From Lama guanicoe (lineage: Eukaryota), in contig MU054338.1 of the NCBI GenBank assembly GCA_013239625.1, forward strand, positions 5,184,724 to 5,248,723: a DNA stretch of 64,000 bases, written 5' to 3'. Made by a program: the position numbers and the translations under genes. The notes under the pieces were generated by a model. That model had not been told where the DNA came from, searched no databases, and saw only the letters and a list, made by a program, of their open reading frames with translations. Below are positions 1 to 10,547 of this stretch, piece by piece (the first letter of the stretch is position 1; every line of letters begins with the position of its first letter).

Positions 1-1
1 G

Positions 2-766
2 CGGAGCAACGCCGGTAAGGTGCCAGCCAGCGTGACCGACGTGGCTGGGCACCTGCAACGGCTCAGCCTGCACAATGACGGGGCCCGCCTGCTGGCACTG
101 AACAGCCTCAAGAAGCTGGTGGTGCTTCGGGAGCTGGAGCTGGTGGCCTGTGGGCTGGAGCGCATCCCCCACGCCGTCTTCAGTCTGGGCGCACTGCAGG
201 AACTCGATCTCAAGGACAACCACCTGCGGTCCATCGAGGAGATCCTCAGTTTCCAGCACTGCCGCAAGCTGGTCACGCTCCGGCTGTGGCACAACCAGAT
301 TGCCTATGTCCCCGAGCACGTGAGGAAGCTCCGGGGCCTCGAACAGCTCTATCTCAACCACAACAAGCTGGAGACCCTACCCCCGCAGCTAGGCATGTGC
401 TCCGGTCTCCGCCTGCTGGACGTCTCCCACAATGGGCTGCGCTCCCTGCCGGCCGAGCTGGGCCTCCTCCAGAACCTGCAGCACCTGGCTCTCTCCTACA
501 ACGCCCTGGAGTTCCTGCCCGATGAGCTCTTCTCCTGCCGCAAGCTGCGGACATTGCTCCTTGGATACAACCACCTGCGCCAGCTCTCGCCCCAGGTGGG
601 GGCCCTCAGGGCCCTCAGCCGCCTAGAACTCAAGGGCAACCAGCTAGAGGCACTGCCCGAAGAACTCGGCCACTGTGGAGGGCTCAAGAAGGCAGGGATA
701 CTGGTGGAGGACACCCTTTATGAGGGGCTGCCGGCAGAGGTGCGGGACAGGATGGAGGTGGATTGA
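2..766 (+). CDS. LRRC8E: Volume-regulated anion channel subunit LRRC8E, 3' part of last coding exon (LRR domain; 5' end outside window)
   Basis: Frame open from window start ([27 protein letters not shown]...). Tandem leucine-rich repeats, LRRC8-type end ...[28 protein letters not shown]. Lies upstream of MAP2K7 as in human. Confidence 0.95.
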   Translation, partial: RSNAGKVPASVTDVAGHLQRLSLHNDGARLLALNSLKKLVVLRELELVACGLERIPHAVFSLGALQELDLKDNHLRSIEEILSFQHCRKLVTLRLWHNQIAYVPEHVRKLRGLEQLYLNHNKLETLPPQLGMCSGLRLLDVSHNGLRSLPAELGLLQNLQHLALSYNALEFLPDELFSCRKLRTLLLGYNHLRQLSPQVGALRALSRLELKGNQLEALPEELGHCGGLKKAGILVEDTLYEGLPAEVRDRMEVD

Positions 767-1289
767 AGCCAGGAGGGGCAGGTGGAGATAGAGGCCTTCC
801 GGATGCTACCTCATCTCCAAGGGAGGTGGCCAAGTGGGTTCAGGTCAGGAGACGGGGAGCAGACATATCAGGCTGCTGGGGCCTAGGCAAGATCCCGGGA
901 CTGGTTTGTCTGGGGAGAGATGGGAGGCCATGGATTTGGGGTTGAGCAGAATGGAGGGATTAACTCAGTCATCAGATTCTCAGACCAAAACCACACCTGT
1001 GTCTTTGGCTGGCTGGCTTGCTCCCAGCCCTGGGCCAGAACTCCTGCCCTCCCCCGTCTAATTCAAACAGTACCACGTATGGGGGGGTGGGCACATCCCA
1101 ATGGGATTTCAATCCTCTCCCCTGACCAGAACAGCTTATATCTGGAGTTCTCTCCCAAGGAGGGGACACAGACGTAAGGGACTGGCTCCTCCTACCCCTA
1201 ACTTTGATGCTAATCTCCTATTTATGAGTTGTTTGCCACAGACATGTGAATTCAGAAAAATGGTTCTCATATTTGGCAATTCCTCAAAA

Positions 1290-1685
1290 TCAACATCCCC
1301 CAAACAAAACATTCCAGGCCCCACCCCTGAAAGACTGACTCAGGAGGCTTGGCTGGAGGTCAGGAACTTGTCTGTAAATATAAGCATCCCAGGTAATTCT
1401 GATGCAGGTGGTTCCAGGCCTGTATGTTGAGAAGTGTTGGCCTACAGAGCAGATATCTGGGTGTCTAGATTAGGGATTCTGAACTTCTTTTTTGGTCCCT
1501 AGACCCTTTGAGAAATCTGATAAAAGGTGGGCATCTCCTTCCTCAGGAAAATGCTCATGAACACATGCATGAAAAGTTCTGCAAACAACTTCAGGCATTT
1601 TAACAGATTCCTCCAGAACCCCCAGAGGGCTAGTCAGGGACACCCTAAGGATTGTGGACCCCAGGTTAAGAACACCTGCTGTGGA
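1290..1685. mobile_element. Old hAT-Charlie/MER5-like DNA transposon fragments in the LRRC8E 3'UTR
   Basis: MER5-like motifs 'ccaggccccacccc...catcccaggtaattctgatgca' and 'ggaccccaggttaagaac'. Family and bounds approximate. Confidence 0.5.
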
Positions 1686-1766
1686 AGGTACATTTTTCTA
1701 AGGACAGGCAGGGACTTTGTCTTTCAAATGTTCCCCATGTGAGGAAGTGTACATCAGTGAGCGCTC

Positions 1767-1772
1767 AATAAA
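1767..1772 (+). terminator. Probable LRRC8E poly(A) signal AATAAA
   Basis: AATAAA ~1 kb after the LRRC8E stop, followed by a T/GT-rich segment. Confidence 0.6.
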
Positions 1773-2167
1773 TAATACTATGAGAACTGTAATTCTGATC
1801 TCTTGTGTCCACTCCTCACATTGTCTAAGCTTTTGATTTCACCAAACCAAAACGCAGCAAGTGGCAAGTCACGTGACAGGGTCAAGGGTACATATGAGTC
1901 TCTGACCGTGAGCAGAGGCAGAAAAAGACCTCAGCCAACCAGGAGAAATTAGGTAGCATCATAACTTTTCCTAGAGAACTGCTCTTCCTCTGCTTTCCCT
2001 GTTATCCTCCTGGCTCCACAGTTTTGCGTCTGTTCCACCCGTAAGAATTTCCACAAGCCTTCAACGTTCATCAGTGTTCCTGTGCTGGAGCAGGCAAGGC
2101 ACAGGCACAGCCTACTTGACCCTGACCTCCTGGGATCAGCCACCTTCAAGGTGTCTGCAAAACGTGC

Positions 2168-2233
2168 ACCAGAGAGCAGAGGCAAGTTGCGCTCCGGGGG
2201 ACCAGAGAGCAGAGGCAAGCTGTGCTCCGGGGG
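2168..2233 (+). repeat. 33-bp tandem duplication (2 copies, 2 mismatches)
   Basis: accagagagcagaggcaagttgcgctccggggg (2168-2200) followed by accagagagcagaggcaagctgtgctccggggg (2201-2233). Confidence 0.9.
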
Positions 2234-2699
2234 ACCCAGGGTTCCAGATAGGGACATTTTCCCAGCACTCTTCAGACCAGTTAAAGAAAATGTGTAGAGT
2301 GTGGCAGCACCACCAGGGCTTGTCTTCTGCATTGTCCAGGAGCTAGGCTCACATTCTGGGGGCAGAACAGGTTGGGGAAGTCTTACAATGTCCCAGGCAA
2401 GTCTGACTTGGAACTCCCTGGCCTTGACCTTGCCCCCCCTCCCCAGTCGCCGAGATCAGGGGTCACGCCGTCGGATTCCCAGTGGCCCGTGCCCTACCCC
2501 TCCTCTCCTGCTTGTCCTCTGCCAACCCTGGGGCTGCTGAAATGGAAAGGGCTTCCCATGGGTGCCTAATTACGGTGAGGAGGCAGCAATTAAGCATAAC
2601 AGAGATCCTAATGAAGCACTGTCCGAGTTGAGAAAGGCAGTTCTGAGAAGGCGTGGGTGCCAGCGAAGGCCGGGCCAGGAAGAGAGAGCAAGCCTGGGC

Positions 2700-3500
2700 A
2701 CAAACAGCCCTGGCGACCACCAGGGACAGCGGCCGGGAAAACTGCCAAGGATGCGCATGCGCAGCGGATGCCACGCGTGTGACTTGGTCTCCAGCTCTGT
2801 ACGCTTGCGCGCTGCTTTCTCCACCCACCGCTCCGGGCGAAAAGGCGAACGGATTTCCACACAGCGCCTCTTGCCGGAGCTGTCGGGAATTCGCGCATGC
2901 GCATCATAGTGGGCGGACTTGCACGTTGCCAGGCGCAAGCTCTAGGTGGCGTCATCCCTACGGCTGGGACGAAACACGCACGCGCGGAGGTTCGCACGCG
3001 TGAAGGGCGGGTGCGCGCCGCGGGCATGCGCCGTGAGGAGCGAGACGGCGGCTCGGCGGGGTCATCCCAGCGCAGGCGCAGTGCGGTGTTTGTCTGCCGG
3101 ACTGACGGGCGGCCGGGCGGTGCGCGGCGGCGGCGGCGGCGGGGAAGATGGCGGCGTCCTCCCTGGAGCAGAAGCTGTCCCGCCTGGAAGCAAAGCTGAA
3201 GCAGGAGAACCGCGAGGCCCGGCGGAGGATCGACCTCAACCTGGATATCAGCCCCCAGCACCCCAGGCCCAGTAAGTACGGCGGCGTGGGGGAGGGGGCG
3301 GGCGGGGCGGGACGCGCGCTGCGGAGGCCCCGCCCCCGCGTCTAAGCCCCGCCCCTGCTTCCGGGGCGCTCTTGCTCCTCCCCCTCTCCGCCCCCTTCCC
3401 CGCTGTCCGCTCGCGGGGAGAGGGTCACGGTGACCCGGGGCGCGTGGGGCCGGCGGGCTCCTGGGCAGCCCTCTCCTTGCCTGAGGGTTCCCCGTTACGG
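2700..3500 (+). promoter_or_regulatory. MAP2K7 CpG-island promoter with NRF1 sites and a YY1/Kozak motif
   Basis: CpG-dense. TGCGCATGCGCA at 2752-2763 and CGCGCATGCGCA at 2892-2903. (GCG)n tract ~3124-3141. AAGATGGCGGC spans the ATG at 3148. Confidence 0.85.
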
Positions 3501-6500
3501 GGTTTGGGAGCCTAGTTACCCGGCTCCTGGCGAGGCTTCCCGTCTATTGATCCTCCCCCATCACTGTGATCCTCAAGAGCCTTTATCACCCGCGAGCCGT
3601 GCTCCTACTCCCTGCGACCGCGACCACATCCAGCCCTTCCGTAGACATGGACACATCCCTTCTGACCAGCTGATTCCTCTCCCGGCATCTCAGGGACTGT
3701 GTCAAGAGGCCCCCTCCCTGCGCTCCGCAGCTGGGTTCTTGTCATCCAGGTTCAGCAGATGATCCACTCACGCTAGCACACACACACCTGGCCTGGGGAC
3801 ACCTGAGCTCACTTGTCCACGTATAACCACCCCTTGTACCTCCAATCTGTTGATTCTCTCCCTCCCTCCTTGTAACTGTCTGGAGCTCCCTTTCCCCTGT
3901 CTGGGACCTTGTCACAGCAAATCCCCCCCTCCACATACAGCCTACTCACATACACCAGGTCCCCCATGCTCCTCTGACTAGTTTCACTGCCACCATTTTA
4001 GCACCTGTGTCTGGCTCCTCCAGAAATACACACCCAACTCCCAAGCCTGGTAACTTTGTCATCTTGAGTCAAGTGATTTTCCTCTCTGCACACATCCACA
4101 CCCATCCAGCTCAGGGACACCTGAGGCCCCAGTGTGATGCTGTCTAGGCATCCTAGTGCCCCTGCACCTCCTTTCTGATTCCCTGATCTCAGTGCCTACC
4201 TCCCTGGCATCTTGTCATCTGGAGTCAACACCCACACCTGGCCTGGGATCACTGCGACCCCATCTAGTCTCCTTGTTACATCATACAGAACCCCCTCCCC
4301 AGATCCTCACAGCTCAGAGAGAATCAGATTCTGCCCCCCACACACATGCTTTCTGTGTCTCTCTTGACTCAGCAAATTGTCTTTTTTTAATCCCCTCTGA
4401 AATGACTCTTGTATTTTCTGGAGCTCCCTGTGGGGTCATCCTGACAGAGGGGCAAGAACCCTCCTTATCTCCCTGCTCACCCAGCCTGACCCTCATCCCT
4501 GTGTAGGGTCCACTCCCCATCCCTCCCTCTTCTAACCTGGGTCATCGTGGGTTCTTGCTGGAGATGGGGGTTGTTCTTGGGGGTCCAGAGAAAGCCTGAG
4601 GCGGTAGTGCTGGCATTGGACACTGCCTGGGGTAGGAAGCCCGGCCAGGACTAGAGGGTTCCTGCTGGCCTCTACAGTGCTGCTCCCCCCACTCCAGCCC
4701 CAGTGTGGATGAGACAGTCCTGGGTACCGGGCCTGGGCTTCCTTCGGGCTGCTGTCCCAGATGCAGAGTGATGCACGGCGAGGCTCATGGCGAGCAGGCC
4801 CCCGGGGAGCCCCCTTCCAGGTGTCTGTGTCTGCTCCATCCCATCCTCCCATCTCTGTCGGTTTCTACCCATCTTTGCGCCTCCCCCTCCTCCTCATTAT
4901 GATTTGATTTCTTTTCTTTTGGACGAATCAGTTGTTTCTGTTGTGATTTATCGTGGTGTTGTTTTTTTTTTCTTCCTTTTCCCCATCCAGTTATTGTGAT
5001 CACTCTAAGCCCTGCTCCTGCCCCGTCCCAACGAGCAGGTACCAGCCTTTTTGTCATCGCCGCTTGGACGTCTGCACCATTGACCTAACCGCTGCCCTGG
5101 CCGCAGAATGCCATCCCCTGTCCCCCATGCTGTGTGTGTGTGTGTGTGTGTGCGCGCGCGCGTGTGTGTGTGCACGCGCGCATGCACACATTTTCCCCTC
5201 ACTCTCACTTTGTCTTTCCACATCATCAGCGTCTGGTCCACCCAGTCTTTTCCTCTGTGTCTTCTCACCTCCCGCTCCTCCCTTCCTCTCGGGCTCAGAT
5301 TTGGACTCCCTGGAGGAGGAAACAGGCTCCCTCACTGGCTGGGAGTCTGTCGCCTGCCAAGGGGGTCACGAGTGTTCGTGCGTGTGCAAGCATGCCTGAG
5401 CAAGAGGGAGAGAAAGTTGGGCCGGTGCGCAAACTGCGCCAGCCGATCCACCCCAACAGTTCAGCAAACCTGTGTTGCTTCCCCTAGGCTGTGTGGCCCT
5501 GGGCCCAGGGACACTGTAGTGAGCAGGAAGGACCTCATCCCTCTGCTGCAGTGGGGGTGGGGGTAGGGAGAAGTGGAGGGGCCACCGTGCCTTGGAGGGA
5601 AGGCACAGGGCAGCAGGGTTGGGGGTTCTGAGGGGCAACGGGCAGTCGAGGAAGCCTCTGGAGAAGGTGGGATTGGATTAGAATCTCCTGGGAGGTTGAG
5701 GGGAGCGCAGGGATGGAAGTAAACAGCCCTGCCAGGGCCCCAGGGCAGGTGCCAGTGGGTCTGGGAGCAGATGAGGAGGGGACATCTGTGTGCGTGGGGG
5801 TGTGTGTGAGAGGCCGGGTGGGTGTCTGGCCCTGTTGGTCCTTGTGTGTGTATGTAAGTGGGACTAGATTGGGCAGTTTTGTGGTGGGGTGTGTGTGTGT
5901 GTGTGTCTGTGTGTGTGTGCATGCACACATTTGTGTGTAAAAACGTGGGGTGAGCTGGCTCTGTGGCGTGTCGTCTCCCGTCTGCATGTGCGTGGGGTTT
6001 GTGCCATGCTGTGCGTGTGCACGTGCGCGTTGACTGACAGCCTGGTGCGTTTGTGGCTCCTGATGGCCGCATGCCCCCTGCCCCCCCAACCCAGCGTCCT
6101 TTCTCATTTTCTCTCATTCATTTTTCTCCCTCCACCCTCCCCACCCCAGCCTCTTGCTCTCACTCTGCCCTTCCGACCTGCCATTGGCCCGTCACCACTG
6201 TGTTCTCAGGGGTTTTGTATACCTCCCCCCACCTTAGACACCCTACACCGGGCCCCCTCATATCACTTCAGTTCCTGGGGAGAGCTGGAAGCCTCTATCC
6301 CCCACACCTTTTGCCCTGGGCTCTGGGGCAGCCCTCAGAGGGCCCGGAGGACTGTTGGGTGCGGTGGGGGGGTCCTCACCCCAGAGATCTGACGGTGCAG
6401 GGCAGAAAAGGGACCCAGATCCCTGAGAGTGTCTCCAGGGTCCTAGCTGGGAGAGCACGAGGGCCAGCAAGAGCCTAGAGGTCGTCCAGCCAGATAGGAG

Positions 6501-9500
6501 GGGACTAGGCTCTGATTCTGGCCCTGGTTGAGCAGAAAAGCAGGAATATTAATGAAGCAGCGCTGGAACAGCAGGGAGGGCACAGAAGGAAAGGCCTCCA
6601 GGCCAGCAGAGGGCATTGGGCCCGGCCATGTCCCTGGAGTCCCCACGCTCTTCTGTCGCTCCTGCCAGACCCTCCGAGGACTGCAGACCAGCCTCAGACC
6701 TAACCCTCGCTCTGGCTGTGGTCAAGGTCCTGGGCCAACAGGGCAAGGGAAGTGCCCAGTTGCCAGTGGCTGAACCTTGTCTTTCTCTACCCCTTGGTCA
6801 CTGAGCCCACATCACTGGGTGCGCGGACAACTGTGGGAGGGAAAGGTGGGCCGTGCAGGAGGTGGGGAGAGAGGAGGGGGCGTCAGCTGAGGGTTGTGGG
6901 GAATGGTAGCCCCAGGCCTCCTAGCCTACTCTCCGCAAGGGGATGAGCCTAGGGGTTGCTTGTAGCCAGCGGCCTCCCCGGCCAGGGGCTCCCTTCTGGA
7001 GGCTATATGTTAGGGGCTCCGGGGCTGGAGAGTTCACCGGAGGGTCACCTGTCTCTTCTAGGCCATGCTGACCTCTGTTCCCCACCCTGTGGCTGGCCTG
7101 GCCAGGGAGGCTCCTAGTCCCCCAGGGAACCTGCTCTCCTATCCCAGGCTCCTCTCTGGCCTGTCTCTGCAGCGCCTCCCCTGGGCAGCTGGGCCCCAAG
7201 TCTCAGCTCCCACTGTCTGTTTTCTGCCCTCCCGTCCCCTAACGCCGCCTGCCCATCCTGGGGTGCCCGCTGCCTGCCCGCCTGCCCGCCCGCCTGCCTG
7301 TAGCATGCCCAAGCTGTCCGCATGCAGGCCGCTGGGAAGAACCAAACTCCCCGCCTGGCCCAGTGCCCACCCCCACCCCCCTGAGTGCCGCTGGCCCCTG
7401 GAGGGGCTGCGCCACCTGGATCCCCTCACCTGAAGGACACAGGCCCAGCCTGGGATCCTGGCCCCCACGCCAGCCCTGGCTCTGCAGGCCGGGTCAGGAG
7501 GCTCCCTGCTGCTGGCCAGAGTGGCCCTCCCTGACCCTGAAACAATGCTGGGCGAGGCAGCTGGAAGCCTGGGTCCCTCGCCCACCCTCTCCCCAGGGTG
7601 GTCACCTCACTCATGTTGTGCAGCCAAGTTCAGGGCTCAGGCTGATCCCAGCGGCGGTCCCGCCTTGCTTGGTCCAGAGTGTGGGTGTAGTGGCTCTGGG
7701 CCCAGGTGGGGAGGAAAGGGACCCAGCGGGGAGGCCGCCTGGTTGAGGGATGCCGCCAGCCTCTGGGCCCCATTTCTCTGTCAGGGTAGACTTGGGGTGA
7801 ACCCTCAGCCTCTGGGACCACCCCCCCCAGCCCACTGCACATGCTTCCAGGTCTTGGGGGCGGGAGAAGGCACCCTAAGAGTGTGCCGGGAGCGGGGGCT
7901 GTGCAGGCCTACCTGAGGGATGCTGAGGAGGGGGAGAGGAGGGGCCCAGCTGGGAGCTAACCCCCTCCCCACTCCTGGTTCTCACCCCCCCAGCCCTGCA
8001 GCTCCCACTGGCCAACGATGGGGGCAGCCGCTCACCATCCTCCGAGAACTCCCCGCAGCACCCCACGCCCCCCGCCCGGCCTCGCCACATGCTGGGGCTC
8101 CCATCAGCCTTGTTCACGCCCCGCAGCATGGAGAGGTGAGCTGCCGGAGCTGCCGGGGGAGGGTCAGGAGGTCAGTGCGGGGCCAGCCCCAGGGAGGAGC
8201 CGGTGAGATCCATGGGAGCCCTTGTGTGTAGGGGGCTGAGGTGGCTTTGGGTTGGTCAGACCCCCTCCCATGGCACCCACTCCCTGTTTCCTCAGCATCG
8301 AGATTGACCAGAAGCTGCAGGAGATCATGAAGCAGACAGGCTACCTGACCATCGGGGGCCAGGTACCACCCTTCCCTCGGCCCCCCAGGGGTGGGCCAGA
8401 TGCTGCTGGGAGGTCCAGCGTCGGGGTGGGGAGCGGAGGCCCGCTGGACCCCCCAGCCCTGGCTCTCCTCACCAGCGCTACCAGGCGGAAATCAACGACC
8501 TGGAGAACCTGGGGGAGATGGGCAGTGGCACCTGCGGCCAGGTGTGGAAGATGCGTTTCCGGAAGACGGGGCACGTCATTGCCGTCAAGGTGAGCCTGTC
8601 CCCAGCCTGGTCCCCGCTCATGTGGGCCCTGTGCCCCAGGTTTGGCACTGAGGCGCCTGCTGTCCTGTGCAGCAAATGCGGCGCTCGGGGAACAAGGAAG
8701 AGAACAAGCGGATCCTCATGGACTTGGATGTGGTGCTCAAGAGCCACGACTGCCCCTACATCGTGCAGTGCTTCGGGACCTTCATCACCAACGTGAGCCC
8801 CGGGGACCCCTCCCCAAGCCTTCCAGACTGGTCTCTCAGCCAGCCCTGTGCCCCTGCCGCTTCCTGGGACTGGAGCCTCCCTGGGGTGGGCAGGGGGGTG
8901 GGTACAGCCACGCACCCCTGCTCAAGCTGCTGCCCGGTGCCCCTGCAGACGGACGTCTTCATCGCCATGGAGCTCATGGGCACGTGCGCTGAGAAGCTCA
9001 AGAAGCGGATGCAGGGCCCCATCCCCGAGCGGATCCTGGGCAAGATGACGGTGGCGGTGAGTGGCCGGGTGGGGTGTGGCCAGGCGGGCGGCCCCCCGGC
9101 GCGTGCCTGCACCCCCGTCACCAGCATCCCCACACGTTCCCGCCACAGATCGTGAAGGCGCTCTACTACCTGAAGGAGAAGCACGGCGTGATCCACCGCG
9201 ACGTCAAGCCCTCCAACATCCTGCTGGACGAGCGGGGCCAGATCAAGCTCTGCGACTTTGGCATCAGCGGCCGCCTGGTCGACTCCAAGGCCAAGACGCG
9301 GAGTGCGGGCTGCGCCGCCTACATGGCAGTAAGTGGGGCTCAGCAGCGCCCGGCAGTGGGGGTGTGAGGGCTCTGGGCGCTGCTCCCACCCGAGCCACAG
9401 GGGTACATCCACCCTTTCCCACCTCCCACCGGCAGCCTGAGCGCATCGACCCCCCTGACCCCACCAAACCCGACTATGACATCCGGGCTGACGTGTGGAG

Positions 9501-10547
9501 CCTGGGCATCTCCTTGGTGAGTTGGGGGCGCTGCTTTTGGGGGCCAGGGATGGGGTCTTCTTGGGGTGTGGAAGCAGGCGCCAGGGGAGGGCAGGACCCC
9601 GTCCTCGGCCAGCCCAGCCCTGCCCGTCTCTCTCCCAGGTGGAGCTGGCGACAGGACAGTTTCCCTACAAGAACTGCAAGACGGACTTTGAGGTCCTCAC
9701 CAAAGTCCTACAGGAAGAACCCCCACTCCTGCCCGGTCACATGGGCTTCTCGGGGGACTTCCAGTCCTTCGTCAAAGACTGGTGAGGAGCCCCGGCCCTC
9801 CACTCTGGGAGGCGACGCAAGGCCAGGCTGCAGGGGGTGCAGAGGGGCCTGCAGACAGGAGCCAGGCCTGGACCTGGGAGCCGAGGGTTGGGTTTGGACC
9901 CAGCCTGGGGGTGTATCTGGCCCTGTGGGTGTTTGGAGCAAGCCAGGCTGCGCCAGGACCGAGGGCTCTGGGTGTCCTGCGCCAGGGAGCGGGCTCGAGT
10001 GAGCAGGATGTCCCCCTCGGAGCTTCCCGGGGGAGCCCACCCACCTTCCCAACAGGCATCACAGTGCCCCTGGGGTTGGGGGGCCCTAAGTGCAGACCCC
10101 CGGGGCCTCCCTGCCTTCCCAGCTGTCAGCACAGGGATGAGCAGCCACTTCTTCCCCCAGACCCCTGACTCAGTGGGAGGGCCACCAGGCCCTGCTCCCG
10201 GCTCTCACTTCTCTCTCTCCTCCTCTCTCCAGCCTTACTAAAGATCACAGGAAGAGACCAAAGTATAATAAGCTACTTGTGAGTATCCGGGGCTCTCCCA
10301 GGCCTGTCCTAAGCACCCCCCCATCCCGCCCAGCTGGACACCCAGTACCCAAGCAAGGCCAACAGGCAAGACGCCCTGGTCCTAAGCTGCACCCCTCACT
10401 TGGATCCCCCAGGAACACAGCTTCATCAAGCGCTATGAGACGCTGGAAGTGGACGTGGCGTCCTGGTTCAAGGATGTCATGGCGAAGACCGAATCCCCAC
10501 GGACAAGCGGAGTCCTGAGCCAGCACCACCTGCCCTTCTTCAGGTAG
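3148..10547 (+). CDS. MAP2K7: Dual-specificity MAP kinase kinase 7 (MKK7), 419 aa; 435 aa with the alternative exon
   Basis: Exons 3148-3271, 7994-8135, 8296-8362, 8476-8589, 8673-8792, 8949-9056, 9149-9328, 9436-9516, 9639-9781, 10233-10278, 10413-10547 (1260 nt, all GT-AG, in frame). Motifs: [10 protein letters not shown] start, [22 protein letters not shown] activation loop, HLPFFR* end. Confidence 0.98.
4991..5038 (+). CDS. MAP2K7: MAP2K7 48-nt alternative cassette exon (MKK7-gamma insert, [16 protein letters not shown])
   Basis: Long U-rich tract + ccag acceptor, cag|gtacc donor. 48 nt preserves phase 1. Matches the known 16-aa gamma insert. Confidence 0.92.
5131..5190. repeat. Compound (TG)n(CG)n(TG)n microsatellite, 60 bp uninterrupted purine-pyrimidine alternation
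   Basis: tgtg...tgcgcgcgcgcgtgtgtgtgtgcacgcgcgcatgcacaca. Confidence 0.9.

Noticed and set aside
20..766. 248-aa ORF as a standalone LRR gene
   Set aside because: The listed start is an internal GTG (Val). The frame is open to the window edge and is the tail of LRRC8E.
9061..10002. 313-aa ORF overlapping MAP2K7
   Set aside because: Runs through introns and partly off-frame exons, and is low-complexity. Expected by chance in GC-rich DNA.
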